A stretch of 57,074 nt of DNA from Asaia bogorensis. Lineage in GTDB: Bacteria; Pseudomonadota; Alphaproteobacteria; Acetobacterales; Acetobacteraceae. The notes below the pieces were generated by a model. It searched no databases and was not told the origin of the DNA. It saw nothing but the letters and a program-made list of their open reading frames with translations. Every line of letters begins with the position of its first letter. Within the stretch, counting starts at the first letter, position 1. The position numbers were made by a program, and so were the translations under genes. Positions 25,551 through 35,640 of this stretch are shown here, piece by piece. Where the stretch lies: assembly GCA_945888575.1 (NCBI GenBank), contig CAMDAM010000001.1, forward strand, positions 1 to 57,074, written 5' to 3'.

Positions 25551-26144
25551 TCAGGAGGCACGGCGCGCCCGCAAGGCCGCCGCCAGCGTCCCGTCATCCA
25601 GCACATCGAGCGCGCCGCCCATCGGCACGCCCTGCGCCACGCGCGTCACTGCAACGCCGGTCGGCCGCAGCCGCTCGGTCAGCCAATGGCTCGTGGTGGC
25701 GCCATCTACGGTGGCCGCCAGGGCCAGGATCACCTCCTGCACCCCACCCGCCTCCACCCGCGCCAACAGCGGCGCGATGTTGAGGTCCTCCGGCCCGATA
25801 CCCGCCAGCGGCGACAGCGTTCCGCCAAGCACGTGATAGATACCGCGATGCACATGCGCGCGCTCCAGCGCCCACAGATCGCCCACGCTCTCCACCACGC
25901 ACACCACGCCGCGATCACGATGCGGGTCCGTGCACACCTGACAGGGATCGGTGCTGTCCAGGTTGCCGCACACGGAACACGCCCGCACCGAACGCGCAGC
26001 GTCCTGCATCGCCTGGGCCAGCGGCAGCAGCCGCGTCTCCGGCTCCTGCAACAGCTTCAACGCGGTGCGTCTAGCACTGCGCGGGCCGAGGCCGGGCAGG
26101 CGGGAGAGCAGCGCGATCAGGCGGTCGATCTCGGGGCCACCCAT
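25551..26144 (-). CDS. recR: recombination protein RecR
   Basis: 197 aa. LPGLGPRSARR helix-hairpin-helix, C4 zinc finger CSVCGN..CQVC, Toprim region. Confidence 0.95.
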   Translation of the reverse strand: MGGPEIDRLIALLSRLPGLGPRSARRTALKLLQEPETRLLPLAQAMQDAARSVRACSVCGNLDSTDPCQVCTDPHRDRGVVCVVESVGDLWALERAHVHRGIYHVLGGTLSPLAGIGPEDLNIAPLLARVEAGGVQEVILALAATVDGATTSHWLTERLRPTGVAVTRVAQGVPMGGALDVLDDGTLAAALRARRAS

Positions 26145-26146
26145 CT

Positions 26147-26278
26147 AAGCAAGACTCTTCTTTTTCTGAAGAAAAAGAAGCAAAAAGACTTTTGTTCGTT
26201 CGCCGGCCACAGAGACCGTATGCAAAGTCCCAAAAGTTTTTTGGTTCTTTTTTTCAAAAAAGAACATGCTTCCTTGCC
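26147..26278 (+). repeat. AT-rich twin-hairpin repeat, composite B-spacer-A (copy 5)
   Basis: Unit B core at 26157-26191, a 38-nt spacer, unit A core at 26234-26265. It fills the whole ybaB-recR intergenic gap. Confidence 0.9.
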
Positions 26279-26605
26279 TTAGAACGGCAGCTTCATCCCC
26301 GGCGGAATCGGCAACCCCGCCGTCAGCTTCTGCATCTCGTCCTGGCTGTTGGCTTCCACCTTGCGCTTGGCATCGTTATGCGCCGCCAGCACCAGGTCCT
26401 GCAGCATCTCGGCATCGCCGCCTTCGCCCACCAGCTTGGGGTCGATCAGGATCGAGCGCATCTCGCCCTTCCCGTTCAGCGTCACCTGCACCATGCCGGC
26501 GCCGGCCTGGCCCTGGATTTCCAGAGCCGAGAGCTTTGCCTGCATCTCCTCCATCTTCTGCTGCATCTGGGAGGCCTGCTTGAGCATGCCGGCGAGGTTC
26601 TTCAT
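26279..26605 (-). CDS. ybaB: YbaB/EbfC family nucleoid-associated protein
   Basis: 108 aa, [22 protein letters not shown]..., in the conserved position between dnaX and recR. Confidence 0.95.
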   Translation of the reverse strand: MKNLAGMLKQASQMQQKMEEMQAKLSALEIQGQAGAGMVQVTLNGKGEMRSILIDPKLVGEGGDAEMLQDLVLAAHNDAKRKVEANSQDEMQKLTAGLPIPPGMKLPF

Positions 26606-28476
26606 GGCGAGGTGTCCCAGCTATCGAAATCGTCGGAGGCGTTGAACCCGTCCTCATCGGGCGGGGCGAATTCAAGGTCGTCGGCCGGCGGCGCGTCCTG
26701 CAGCAGGCTCGCGGGTTCGGCGGGCAGGCCATAGGCATCGGTGCGGCTGTCATGCACCGCCTCGATCTTTGCGCCCGGGAAGGCGGCCAGGATCGCCTGC
26801 ACAAGCGGATGCTGGGCGGCGGTCTGGCGCCGTGCCGTGTCCGCGGCACTGCCCTGCTCGGCCAGGGTCAGCTCGCCCGCCTGGGCCGAGAGCGCGATGG
26901 TCCAGCGCACGCCGGTCGCCTCCCCCAGCACAGCCGAAAGCCGGGCCGCCAGGTCGCGCGGCGCCTCGGCCTGCGGCCGCAGCTCGATCACCGGCGGGGC
27001 GTAGCGCACCAGGTGCACGGAATGAACGAGATGGGCATGCAGCGAGGGCTCCCGCTGCTCCGCCACCAACGCTGCCACCTCGCGGAAACTCGCCGGCAGC
27101 CGCGCCGCCGCGGGCACGGCCATCACGGCCCCACCCCCGCCAGCCATGGCCCGCGCCCCGCCACCACCATTGCCCGAAGGCGCAGGTGACCCACCGCCAG
27201 AGACCGCACCGCCCTCGGTCAGGCGGCGCACCAGATCCCCCGGCGGCGGCAAATCGGCCACGTGGCACAGCCGTATCAGCACCATCTCGGCCGCCGCCTT
27301 GCGGTCGGGCGAGGTCTCCACCTCCGCCACGCCCTTCAGCAGCATCTGCCAGGCCCGGCCCAGCACCGGGATGGTCAGCGCCTCGGCCAATGCCACGCCA
27401 CGGGTGCGCTCGGCCTCGGGAAGATCGTTGGAGGTGCGCAGCGCCGGCACCGCCCGCAGGCGCGTCAACGTATGCACCAGCTCCAGCAGGTCCTGCAGCA
27501 TCACGCCGAGGTCAGCACCCCGCGCATGCGCCCGGTCGGTCAGCTCCAGCGCCGCGGCCGGCTTGCCCGCCATCACCGCCTCGAACAGGTCGAACACCGC
27601 CTCCCGATCCGCCAGGCCCAGCATGTCGCTCACCTGGCCGCCGGTGATCGTCACGCCGGCCTCGGTCTGCGCAATCGCCTGGTCCAGCAGCGAAAGCCCA
27701 TCGCGCGCCGAGCCATCCGCCGCCCGCGCGATCAGCGTCAGCGCCTCCGGCTCGATCCGCGCCCCTTCCTTCTCGCAGATCCGCCCGAAATGCCCGGCCA
27801 GCTCGGCGGTGGCGATGCGCCTGAGATCGAAGCGCTGGCAGCGCGACAGCACCGTCACCGGCACCTTGCGGATCTCGGTGGTGGCGAACACGAACTTCAC
27901 ATGCGGCGGTGGTTCCTCCAGCGTCTTCAGCAGCGCGTTGAACGCGTTGCGCGACAGCATGTGAACCTCGTCGATCACGAACACCTTGGCCCGCGCCTGC
28001 ATGGGGCGGAAGCGCGTGGCCTCGATGATCTCGCGCACATCCTCCACGCCGGTGCGGCTGGCGGCGTCCATCTCCACCACGTCGGGGTGGCGGTCGGCCA
28101 GGATGCCGGTGCAGTTGGCGCACACGCCGCATGGGTCGGCGGTAGGGCCGCCATTGCCGTCCGGCCCGATGCAGTTCAGCGCGCGGGCGATGATGCGCGC
28201 CGTGGTGGTCTTGCCCACCCCGCGCACACCCGTGAGCATGAAGGCATGCGCCACCCGGCCCAGCGCGAAGGCGTTGCGCAACGTGCGCACCATCGCCTCC
28301 TGCCCGATCAGGTCATCGAACACCGTGGGGCGGTATTTGCGCGCCAGCACGCGGTAGGCGGGGGTGGCGAGCGCGGGCGCCGGGGCGGCAGCCGGCTCGG
28401 CCTCGCCGAACAGCCCGGGGCCTGCCGGTTCCGGCGGCGGCAGCTTGTCGTCTTCATCTGAGAACAAGCCCGACAT
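26602..28476 (-). CDS. dnaX: DNA polymerase III subunit gamma/tau
   Basis: AAA+ clamp-loader motifs ([23 protein letters not shown], zinc module CGVCANC). Start [10 protein letters not shown] at 28476, with an upstream alternative at 28545. ATGA overlap with ybaB. Confidence 0.9.
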   Translation of the reverse strand: MSGLFSDEDDKLPPPEPAGPGLFGEAEPAAAPAPALATPAYRVLARKYRPTVFDDLIGQEAMVRTLRNAFALGRVAHAFMLTGVRGVGKTTTARIIARALNCIGPDGNGGPTADPCGVCANCTGILADRHPDVVEMDAASRTGVEDVREIIEATRFRPMQARAKVFVIDEVHMLSRNAFNALLKTLEEPPPHVKFVFATTEIRKVPVTVLSRCQRFDLRRIATAELAGHFGRICEKEGARIEPEALTLIARAADGSARDGLSLLDQAIAQTEAGVTITGGQVSDMLGLADREAVFDLFEAVMAGKPAAALELTDRAHARGADLGVMLQDLLELVHTLTRLRAVPALRTSNDLPEAERTRGVALAEALTIPVLGRAWQMLLKGVAEVETSPDRKAAAEMVLIRLCHVADLPPPGDLVRRLTEGGAVSGGGSPAPSGNGGGGARAMAGGGGAVMAVPAAARLPASFREVAALVAEQREPSLHAHLVHSVHLVRYAPPVIELRPQAEAPRDLAARLSAVLGEATGVRWTIALSAQAGELTLAEQGSAADTARRQTAAQHPLVQAILAAFPGAKIEAVHDSRTDAYGLPAEPASLLQDAPPADDLEFAPPDEDGFNASDDFDSWDTSP

Positions 28477-28531
28477 GCGCGGCGCCGATGATTGCTGCCG
28501 AAGGCAGGGGCCCAAGGCGGGGGGAGAGGGT

Positions 28532-28628
28532 GGGAGGCCGAACAAACGACCCGAGCGGAAACTCGTTGCGGCTGCTTCCTTCCGGACCTGACCGGGTTGG
28601 CGAGGCGCCCGTCCGCCGCCGACCTCCC
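28532..28628 (-). ncRNA. ffs: signal recognition particle RNA (small bacterial SRP / 4.5S type)
   Basis: The minus strand reads GGGAGGUCG...GGUCAGGUCCGGAAGGAAGCAGCC...CGGCCUCCC. It contains the universal domain IV motif, and the 9-bp terminal helix closes a ~97-nt hairpin. ffs upstream of dnaX is a common arrangement. Confidence 0.85.
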
Positions 28629-28678
28629 GCCGCAGATATCGTGCATCCCCGCCCCGGTGGCAAGGGCGAAGCGGGAGG

Positions 28679-29677
28679 CTAGCCCCCGGTCACGCTCATA
28701 TGCCGCGCCACGGCCGGGCGGTCATGGCGGCGGTCGATGATGAAGTCGTGCCCCTTCGGCTTGCGCGCGATCGCGGCCACGATGGCGGCATCCAGTTCGT
28801 CGTCCGTGGCGCCGGCCCGCAGCACACGGCGGAAATCGGCGGAATCGTCCTGGCCCAGGCACATGTACAGCGTGCCGGTGCAGGTCAGGCGCACGCGGTT
28901 GCAGCTTTCGCAGAAATTGTGGGTCATCGGCGTGATGAAGCCGATGCGCGCCCCGGTCTGCGCCACGGTGTAGTACCGCGCGGGACCGCCGGTCTGGTAG
29001 TCGGTGTCCTCCAGCGTCCAGGTCTTGCGCAAGCGGGCGCGCACCATGGACAGCGGCAGGTACTGGTCGGTGCGATCGCCGTCGATGTCGCCCATCGGCA
29101 TGGTCTCGATCAGGCAGAGATCGAACCCGTGCTCGCCGCACCAGGCCACCATCGCATCCAGCTCGTCCTCGTTGGTGCCCTTCAGCGCCACCGCGTTGAT
29201 CTTGATCGCCAGCCCCGCCGCCTTGGCCGCGAAGATGCCATCCAGCGTCTTCTCGATCTTGCCCCAGCGGGTGATGGCGGCGAATTTCTCGGGGTTCAGC
29301 GTGTCCAGGCTCACATTGATGCGCCGCACGCCCGCCTGGGCCAGCCCCTCGGCATGCTTCACCAGCTGGCTGCCGTTGGTGGTGACCGTCAGCTCCTCCA
29401 GCCCGCCATGCCCCTTGGCCCCCAGCCGGGCGCCCAGGTTCTGGAACAGCGTCATCACATCCCGGCGCACCAACGGTTCGCCGCCGGTGATGCGGATCTT
29501 GGTGGTGCCGAGGCGAATGAACGCGGCGCACAGCCTGTCCAGCTCCTCCAGCGACAGGATCTCCGCCTTCGGCAGGAAGGTCATGTCCTCGGCCATGCAG
29601 TACACGCAGCGAAGGTCGCAGCGGTCCGTGACGGAAACCCGCAGATAGGTGATGGGCCGGCCGAAGGGGTCGATCAT
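28679..29677 (-). CDS. moaA: GTP 3',8-cyclase (molybdenum cofactor biosynthesis protein A)
   Basis: Radical-SAM CDLRCVYC motif and C-terminal [13 protein letters not shown] cluster. ATG at 29677, with an alternative GTG at 29701. Confidence 0.9.
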   Translation of the reverse strand: MIDPFGRPITYLRVSVTDRCDLRCVYCMAEDMTFLPKAEILSLEELDRLCAAFIRLGTTKIRITGGEPLVRRDVMTLFQNLGARLGAKGHGGLEELTVTTNGSQLVKHAEGLAQAGVRRINVSLDTLNPEKFAAITRWGKIEKTLDGIFAAKAAGLAIKINAVALKGTNEDELDAMVAWCGEHGFDLCLIETMPMGDIDGDRTDQYLPLSMVRARLRKTWTLEDTDYQTGGPARYYTVAQTGARIGFITPMTHNFCESCNRVRLTCTGTLYMCLGQDDSADFRRVLRAGATDDELDAAIVAAIARKPKGHDFIIDRRHDRPAVARHMSVTGG

Positions 29678-29764
29678 GGCGGAAGCCTCGGGGCTATACA
29701 CGGCTGGATATAGCGCAATGTCGTCTCCCGGGGCACCCAGTGCAAGGGGACCCTCGCACGCCCG

Positions 29765-29974
29765 TCAATCGTCGGCCGGTTGCAGCGCCACGAGATGCGC
29801 GTTCACCAGAACTTTACCCTCATGCTCGAAATTCACCGTCACGCGCGGCCCGACCACCGACTGAACCTGGCCCCTGCCCCATTCCGGTTGTTGCGGGTGA
29901 ACCACCCAATCGCCGGGGCGGAGATACCCGGCCTGGGGTGGCTTGGCTGCACCGCCTGCCCCGGTTCCCGTCAT
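29765..29974 (-). CDS. small conserved protein (DUF3553-like)
   Basis: 69 aa; WGRGQVQSVVGPRVTVNFEHEGKVLVN matches my recollection of the DUF3553 core. Confidence 0.5.
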   Translation of the reverse strand: MTGTGAGGAAKPPQAGYLRPGDWVVHPQQPEWGRGQVQSVVGPRVTVNFEHEGKVLVNAHLVALQPADD

Positions 29975-30032
29975 GGGGCCCGGATTTCGTTGACGATAGT
30001 TATAGACATGCCTGCGATCTCCTCGTAATTAA

Positions 30033-30049
30033 AACGTGATTTTCACGTT
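30033..30049. promoter_or_regulatory. candidate operator palindrome in the divergent DUF3553 / chpT-like promoter region
   Basis: AACGTGA-ttt-TCACGTT is a perfect 7-bp inverted repeat in an AT-rich stretch (GTAATTAAAACGTGATTTTCACGTTCGATCGA). Confidence 0.3.
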
Positions 30050-30102
30050 CGATCGATGCGGGGGTAACGCCAGTGCAACAGCGCCCGGAGGGTTTGGAGA
30101 TC

Positions 30103-30765
30103 ATGAGTCGGCACCATGATCCCATGGATGGGCTGCTGCTCGCCGAAACGCTGGCCGTGCGGCTGTGCCACGACCTCAGCGGGCAGGTGAACGCCCTCAC
30201 CGGCTGCATGGAAGTCCTGCGCGAGGAAGCCGATCCCGAAGCCCTGGCCCTGGCCGGCGATGCCGCGGATCTGCTCGCCCGCCGGCTGCGGCTGGCCCGC
30301 GCCGCGTGGGGGCGCACCGGCGGCCCGATGTCGGTGGCGGAATGGCGCCAGCTCGCCGAAGCCCTGGCCCGCCGCAACGTGGTCTTCGCGCTGGACGAGG
30401 TGGACCCCACCGAGCACTTCGCCCCCGCCGCCGCACGCCTCACCCTCAATCTGTTGATCCTGGCGGCGGAAGCCCTGCCAGGTGGCGGCGTGATCGAGGT
30501 GGCCGGGCAACCCGGCCAGGACCTGATGGTGCGCATCCGCGGGCCACGCGCCGCCTGGCCCGCCGGGCTGGCCGGCATGCTCGCCGATCCCGATCTCGCC
30601 TGGGAAAGCCTGCGGCAGGCAGAACCCACCATGGCGTCCCGCGCCCTGCAGGCGCCGCTCACCGCCCTGATCGCCCATGCCGAAGGGCTGCGCATCAGCA
30701 TGCTGATGGGCCCACAGGCCGAGGCCGCCCCGCCCTTGCTGGTCACGCTCACGCCCCACGCCTAG
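30103..30765 (+). CDS. ChpT-like histidine phosphotransferase (HPTransfase/DUF2328 family)
   Basis: LAETLAVRLCHDLSGQVNALTGCMEVL matches the ChpT phospho-His helix (..R.CHDL..P..A..NG.ELL), followed by a pseudo-HATPase body. The start is uncertain (ATG at 30103, GTG at 30073). Confidence 0.65.
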   Translation: MSRHHDPMDGLLLAETLAVRLCHDLSGQVNALTGCMEVLREEADPEALALAGDAADLLARRLRLARAAWGRTGGPMSVAEWRQLAEALARRNVVFALDEVDPTEHFAPAAARLTLNLLILAAEALPGGGVIEVAGQPGQDLMVRIRGPRAAWPAGLAGMLADPDLAWESLRQAEPTMASRALQAPLTALIAHAEGLRISMLMGPQAEAAPPLLVTLTPHA

Positions 30766-30964
30766 GCCGGCCGCCCGTTTCCGCAGAGTCATCGGCGCCG
30801 CTTCATTTGCACATCCGCTGCAAGATGACTCAACGCCGGCCCTGATCGAGCATGTTTTTGCGTAATCGGCACATCTTCCTCATCAAGCCCGCGCTCCTTT
30901 ACGATTTGTTTGTCCGCTCCCGCCACAGTGTCGTCACCCGCGCATCACTGCCTTGGAGTGACGG

Positions 30965-33649
30965 ATGGACGACCTACTCGCTGATTTCCTGACCGAAACC
31001 AACGAAAGCCTGGCCGAGCTCGATGTCGCCCTGGTGAAGCTGGAACGCGCACCCGACGACGACGAGACCCTCGCGCTGATCTTCCGCCTGGTGCACACCA
31101 TCAAGGGAACCTGCGGGTTCCTCGGCCTGCCCCGGCTGGAACACGTGGCGCATGCCGCGGAGAACGTGCTGGGCCGCGTGCGCGACAAGCTGCTGCCCGT
31201 CACGCCAGAGATCGTCACGGTCATCCTGGCCGCGCTGGACCGGATCAAGGAAATCGTCGAGGGCCTGGCCACGTCGGGCACCGAGATCCAGGGCGATGAT
31301 ACCGCCCTGGTGGAAGCCCTGGACGCCGCGTCCAACGGCCGCACCCCCGCGCCCGCTTCAGCCACGCTCGCCCCCATCGTGTCCGCCCCGGTTGCGGTCG
31401 CCCCGGTCGTGGCCGCCGCAGCACCGCCGCCGCCCGCGCCGGTGGTTGCCGCGGCACCGCCGCCCGCCGAAGCCCCCCCGCCCCCGGCCGCCGCGCTGCC
31501 CGAGCAGGTCCCCGAGATCCAGCCCGAATCCGCCGCCGGCCCGCAGACCATCCGCGTCGGCGTGGATGTGCTGGAAGACCTGATGACGCTGGTCAGCGAG
31601 CTTGTCCTCACCCGCAACCAGCTGCTCCAGCTGGCGCGCATGCAGGAAGCCCGCAACGGCGAGCCCAGCGGCTTCACCGTGCCACTGCAGCGCCTGTCGC
31701 ACATCACGTCCGACCTGCAGGAAGGCGTGATGAAGACCCGCATGCAGCCGATCGGCCATGCCTGGCAGAAGCTGCCCCGCCTGGTGCGCGATCTCGCCCG
31801 CGACGTGGGCAAGAAGATCGAGCTGGTGATGCGCGGCGCCGAGACCGAGCTGGACCGCCAGGTGCTGGAGCTGATCAAGGATCCGCTGACGCACATGGTG
31901 CGCAACTCCGGCGACCACGGGCTGGAGAAGGCCGAGATCCGCCGTGCCGCCGGCAAGCCGGAGACCGGGCGCATCACGCTGAACGCCTATCATGAAGGCG
32001 GGCACATCATCATCGAGATCGCCGATGATGGCGCAGGCCTGCCGGCAGACCGTATCCGCGCCAAGGTGCTCTCCAAGGGCCTGGCCACGGAGGCCGAACT
32101 GGCCGGCATGAACGACAACGAGATCCAGCGCTTCATCTTCCGCGCCGGCTTCTCCACCGCCGCCGAGGTCACCGCCGTGTCCGGCCGTGGCGTGGGCATG
32201 GATGTGGTGAAGACCAACATCGAGAAGATCGGCGGCACGATCGACCTCAAGTCCGTGCCCGGCCGCGGCACCACCTTCACCATCAAGATCCCGCTCACGC
32301 TGGCCATCGTCTCGGCGCTGATCGTGGAAGCGGCTGGCGAGCGCTTCGCCATCCCGCAGCTCAGCGTGGTGGAACTGGTGCGTGCCCGCCTCGAAGCCGG
32401 GTCGGAGGAAGACACCTCGCCGATGGTGGAACACATCCACGGCACGCCGGTGCTGCGCCTGCGCGACAGGTTGCTGCCGCTGGTGAACCTCGGTGACCTG
32501 CTGGCCCTGCCGGCCACCGCCGGCTCCGACCGCAGCGCCCATGTGGTGGTGGTGCAGGTTGGTGTCACGCAGCTCGGCATCATCGTGGACCGCGTGTTCG
32601 ACACGGAGGAGATCGTGGTGAAACCGGTGGCTCCGATCCTGCGCCACATCACGATGTTCAGCGGCAACACCATCCTGGGCGACGGCTCCGTCATCATGAT
32701 CCTGGATCCCAACGGCATCGCTCGCGCCACCGGCGCCACCAGCGCGGCCACTGCGGACCGCAAGAGCGAGCGCGATGCAGGCGAAGGCCATGCCCTGGCC
32801 GCCGGGTCGAGTTCCCGCACCGCGATGCTGCTGTTCCGCGCCGGCGGGCAGGAGCCGAAGGCGGTGCCGCTCGGCCTCGTTGCCCGGCTGGAGGATCTCG
32901 CCCGCGATCGCATCGAGTTCTCGGCCGGCCAGCCGGTCACACAGTATCGTGGCAAGCTGATGCCGCTGGTGCCGCTCTCCGGTGCCATCGACCCGGCGGC
33001 CGAGCGCCATGCCGTGCTGGTGTTCTCCGACAGCTCCGGCTCGCAGGAACGTTCCATGGGCCTGGTGGTGGATGAGATCGTGGACGTGGTGGAAGACCAC
33101 CTGCACATCGAGCTCAGCGGCGACCGTCCGGGCCTGCTCGGCACCGCGGTGATCGCCGGCAAGGCGACCGACGTGATCGATATCGGCCACTGGTTGACCA
33201 TGGCGGCGCAGGACTGGTTCCGGCGGTCCGACAACGCCTCCGGCTCGGCGAAGCAGCAGCGCGTGCTGATCGTGGAAGACAGCGATTTCTTCCGCCAGCT
33301 GCTGGTGCCCACGCTGGCCGCCGCCGGCTACCACGTGACGGCAGCGCGCGAGGCCAGCGAGGCGCTGCGGCTGCGCGAGGCCGGGGTGATGTTCGATGCC
33401 ATCGTGTCGGATATCGAGATGCCCGGCATCGACGGCCCGGCGCTGGTGCGGCAGATCCGTGCGGCCGGCCCCTGGGCGCAGCTGCCGGTGATCGCGCTGA
33501 CCAGCCACGCCAGCCCCGAGCATATCGAGGCCGGGCGCGCGGCGGGGTTCACGGACTACGTGACCAAGTTCGAACGCGAAGCGCTGCTCGCCAGCCTCAA
33601 GCAGTGCCTCGCCGTGGCGGCGCGCCCTGCGCTCGCCCACGCCGCCTGA
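30965..33649 (+). CDS. cheA: hybrid chemotaxis histidine kinase CheA with C-terminal receiver domain
   Basis: 894 aa. P1 HPt (FRLVHTIKGTCGFLGL), an Ala/Pro-rich linker, dimerisation plus HATPase (HMVRNSGDHG, DDGAGL, GRGVGMDVV), CheW-like P5, then REC (VLIVEDSDF...SDIEMPGIDG...YVTKF). Confidence 0.95.
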   Translation: MDDLLADFLTETNESLAELDVALVKLERAPDDDETLALIFRLVHTIKGTCGFLGLPRLEHVAHAAENVLGRVRDKLLPVTPEIVTVILAALDRIKEIVEGLATSGTEIQGDDTALVEALDAASNGRTPAPASATLAPIVSAPVAVAPVVAAAAPPPPAPVVAAAPPPAEAPPPPAAALPEQVPEIQPESAAGPQTIRVGVDVLEDLMTLVSELVLTRNQLLQLARMQEARNGEPSGFTVPLQRLSHITSDLQEGVMKTRMQPIGHAWQKLPRLVRDLARDVGKKIELVMRGAETELDRQVLELIKDPLTHMVRNSGDHGLEKAEIRRAAGKPETGRITLNAYHEGGHIIIEIADDGAGLPADRIRAKVLSKGLATEAELAGMNDNEIQRFIFRAGFSTAAEVTAVSGRGVGMDVVKTNIEKIGGTIDLKSVPGRGTTFTIKIPLTLAIVSALIVEAAGERFAIPQLSVVELVRARLEAGSEEDTSPMVEHIHGTPVLRLRDRLLPLVNLGDLLALPATAGSDRSAHVVVVQVGVTQLGIIVDRVFDTEEIVVKPVAPILRHITMFSGNTILGDGSVIMILDPNGIARATGATSAATADRKSERDAGEGHALAAGSSSRTAMLLFRAGGQEPKAVPLGLVARLEDLARDRIEFSAGQPVTQYRGKLMPLVPLSGAIDPAAERHAVLVFSDSSGSQERSMGLVVDEIVDVVEDHLHIELSGDRPGLLGTAVIAGKATDVIDIGHWLTMAAQDWFRRSDNASGSAKQQRVLIVEDSDFFRQLLVPTLAAAGYHVTAAREASEALRLREAGVMFDAIVSDIEMPGIDGPALVRQIRAAGPWAQLPVIALTSHASPEHIEAGRAAGFTDYVTKFEREALLASLKQCLAVAARPALAHAA

Positions 33650-33677
33650 CGTCACCCACCTCCGCAAGGAAGCCCTG

Positions 33678-34178
33678 ATGACGACGACGCTTCTTGAGCG
33701 CCCCTCCCTGTCCGGCCCAACCGAGGCAGGGGATGGGGACGCCACCTTCGTGACACTCTCGGTGGCCGACCAGCTCTGCGGCATTCCCGTGCTGGGCGTG
33801 CGCGACGTGCTGGGCGTGCAGACCATCACCCGCATTCCGCTCGCCTCGCCGGAGATCGCCGGCAGCCTGAACCTGCGCGGCCGCATCGTGACCGCGATCG
33901 ACCTGCGCCGCCGGCTGAGCCTGCCGGCGCCGCCGGATGGTGCGGAACGCATGTCTGTTGTCGTGGAGCTGGCGGGCGAGCTCTACGCGTTGCTGGTGGA
34001 CCAGGTCAGCGAAGTGATGACGCTGCAAACCAACAGCTTCGAACAAAATCCGCCGACGCTGCCGCCGCAGTGGTCGGAATTCAGCGCAGGCATCTACCGC
34101 CTGCAGGGCCGTTTGCTGGTGGTGCTCGATGTGGGCCGCCTGCTGTCGATCGGTCCGCTTTTGCGTGGGAGGGCGTAA
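33678..34178 (+). CDS. cheW: chemotaxis coupling protein CheW
   Basis: 166 aa with a CheW-like domain (FVTLSVADQLCGIPVLGVRDVL...). Its TAA overlaps the cheY ATG (TAATG). Confidence 0.9.
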   Translation: MTTTLLERPSLSGPTEAGDGDATFVTLSVADQLCGIPVLGVRDVLGVQTITRIPLASPEIAGSLNLRGRIVTAIDLRRRLSLPAPPDGAERMSVVVELAGELYALLVDQVSEVMTLQTNSFEQNPPTLPPQWSEFSAGIYRLQGRLLVVLDVGRLLSIGPLLRGRA

Positions 34179-34543
34179 TGCCGACGTGCCTAGTGGTCGA
34201 TGACAGCCGCGTCGTGCGCAAGGTCGCGCGCCGCATTCTTGAAGGCAACGGCTTCACCGTGCAGGAAGCCGAGGACGGGCAAGTGGCGCTGGACGCCTGC
34301 CGCAAGCAGATGCCGGACAGCGTGCTGCTGGACTGGAACATGCCGGTGATGAACGGCATCGAGTTCCTGAAGGCGCTGCGCCGCGAGTTCGGGCCGGGCA
34401 ACCCGCCAGTGCTGTTCTGCACCACCGAGAACGACATCTCGTTCATCGAGCAGGCGATTGAGCACGGCGCGCAGGAGTTCATCATGAAACCCTTCGACGC
34501 CGATATCCTGATGGGCAAGTTCGCGCAGGTCGGCCTCGCGTGA
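34178..34543 (+). CDS. cheY: chemotaxis response regulator CheY
   Basis: 121-aa single REC domain (CLVVDDS, LLDWNMPVMNG, FIMKPF). Confidence 0.9.
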   Translation: MPTCLVVDDSRVVRKVARRILEGNGFTVQEAEDGQVALDACRKQMPDSVLLDWNMPVMNGIEFLKALRREFGPGNPPVLFCTTENDISFIEQAIEHGAQEFIMKPFDADILMGKFAQVGLA

Positions 34544-35640
34544 GCGCCGCCGCCGCTCCGGTGGCGGATCGCGCGCCGGCCGCGGCGCGCGTGATGCTGT
34601 GCGACGACTCGCTGGTGATCCGCGCCGCGCTGGCGCGCATGCTGGAGGCCGACAAGGGCATCCAGGTCGTGGCGCGCGCCTCCAACGGCAAGCTGGCGGT
34701 TGAGGAGATCAAGCGCCAAGTGGCCGCGGGGACACCGATCGATGTCGTGGTGCTCGACATCGAGATGCCAGTGATGGACGGGATGGCGGCGTTGCCGGAA
34801 ATCCTGAAGGCCGATCCCGGCATCCGCGTGCTGATGGCCAGCACGCTGACCACGCGCGGTGCGGATATCGCGCTGCGGGCGTTGCGCCTGGGGGCGGCGG
34901 ACTACGTGGCCAAGCCGGGTGCGGCACAGATTGCCGATGACAGTTTCCGTGCCGACCTGCTGGCCAAGATTCGCGGGCTTTCGCGGACCCGCCGGCATCG
35001 CCGGGCCGGGCCGCCGCCGCCGGGGACACCGGTGACACTACGCCCGGCGCCGACGAAGGCGCCGCTGCTGCTGGCGGTAGGAAGTTCCACAGGCGGGCCG
35101 CAGGCGTTGTTCACGCTGATGCAGGGGCTGGGCAAGTCGGTGCCGGTGCCGGTGGTGCTGACGCAGCACATGCCGGCCGCGTTCACCCCGATCCTGGCCG
35201 ATCATTTGAACCGTATCGGCGGGCCGCCCTGTGCCGAGGCGCGGGATGGCGACGTGCTGGAACCGGGCCGCGCCTATCTCGCGCCTGGCGACCGGCACCT
35301 TTTGGTGGAGGGCACCCCGGGTGCGCTCCGCGCGCGGCTTTCGGATGGGCCGCAAGAGAATTTCTGCCGGCCGTCGGTGGACCCGATGCTGCGCAGCGCC
35401 ACGCAGGTGTGTGGCGGGCGCGTGCTGGTCGCGATGCTGACCGGCATGGGGCATGACGGGTTGGCCGGTTCCAAGCTTGTTGTGGCGGCTGGTGGTTCCG
35501 TGATTGCACAGGACGAAGCCAGCAGCGTGGTGTGGGGCATGCCGGGCGCTGTCGCCCAGGCAGGGCTTTGCTGCCACGTGCTGCCGATGTCGGCCATTGC
35601 CGGCAAGATTGGCGATTTCATGAGGATGATGCGCGCATGA
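34540..35640 (+). CDS. cheB: protein-glutamate methylesterase CheB
   Basis: REC plus methylesterase domain (GSSTGGPQAL, HMP..FT, GMGHDG). The GTG at 34540 overlaps the cheY stop; an alternative ATG lies at 34594. Confidence 0.9.
   Translation: MSAAAAPVADRAPAAARVMLCDDSLVIRAALARMLEADKGIQVVARASNGKLAVEEIKRQVAAGTPIDVVVLDIEMPVMDGMAALPEILKADPGIRVLMASTLTTRGADIALRALRLGAADYVAKPGAAQIADDSFRADLLAKIRGLSRTRRHRRAGPPPPGTPVTLRPAPTKAPLLLAVGSSTGGPQALFTLMQGLGKSVPVPVVLTQHMPAAFTPILADHLNRIGGPPCAEARDGDVLEPGRAYLAPGDRHLLVEGTPGALRARLSDGPQENFCRPSVDPMLRSATQVCGGRVLVAMLTGMGHDGLAGSKLVVAAGGSVIAQDEASSVVWGMPGAVAQAGLCCHVLPMSAIAGKIGDFMRMMRA

Noticed and set aside
26602-28476. Programmed -1 frameshift site in dnaX (A AAA AAG type) for a gamma subunit
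   Set aside because: No A-rich slippery heptamer is visible in the coding strand (no CTTTTTT on the plus strand within the gene), so I cannot support a frameshift-derived gamma product from sequence.
29678-29764. Moco riboswitch upstream of moaA, and a TPP riboswitch upstream of the ThiE-like gene at 54804
   Set aside because: The moaA leader is only ~87 nt before the next gene and shows no recognisable Moco motif. The ThiE-like gene has no leader at all because its start overlaps yggS.
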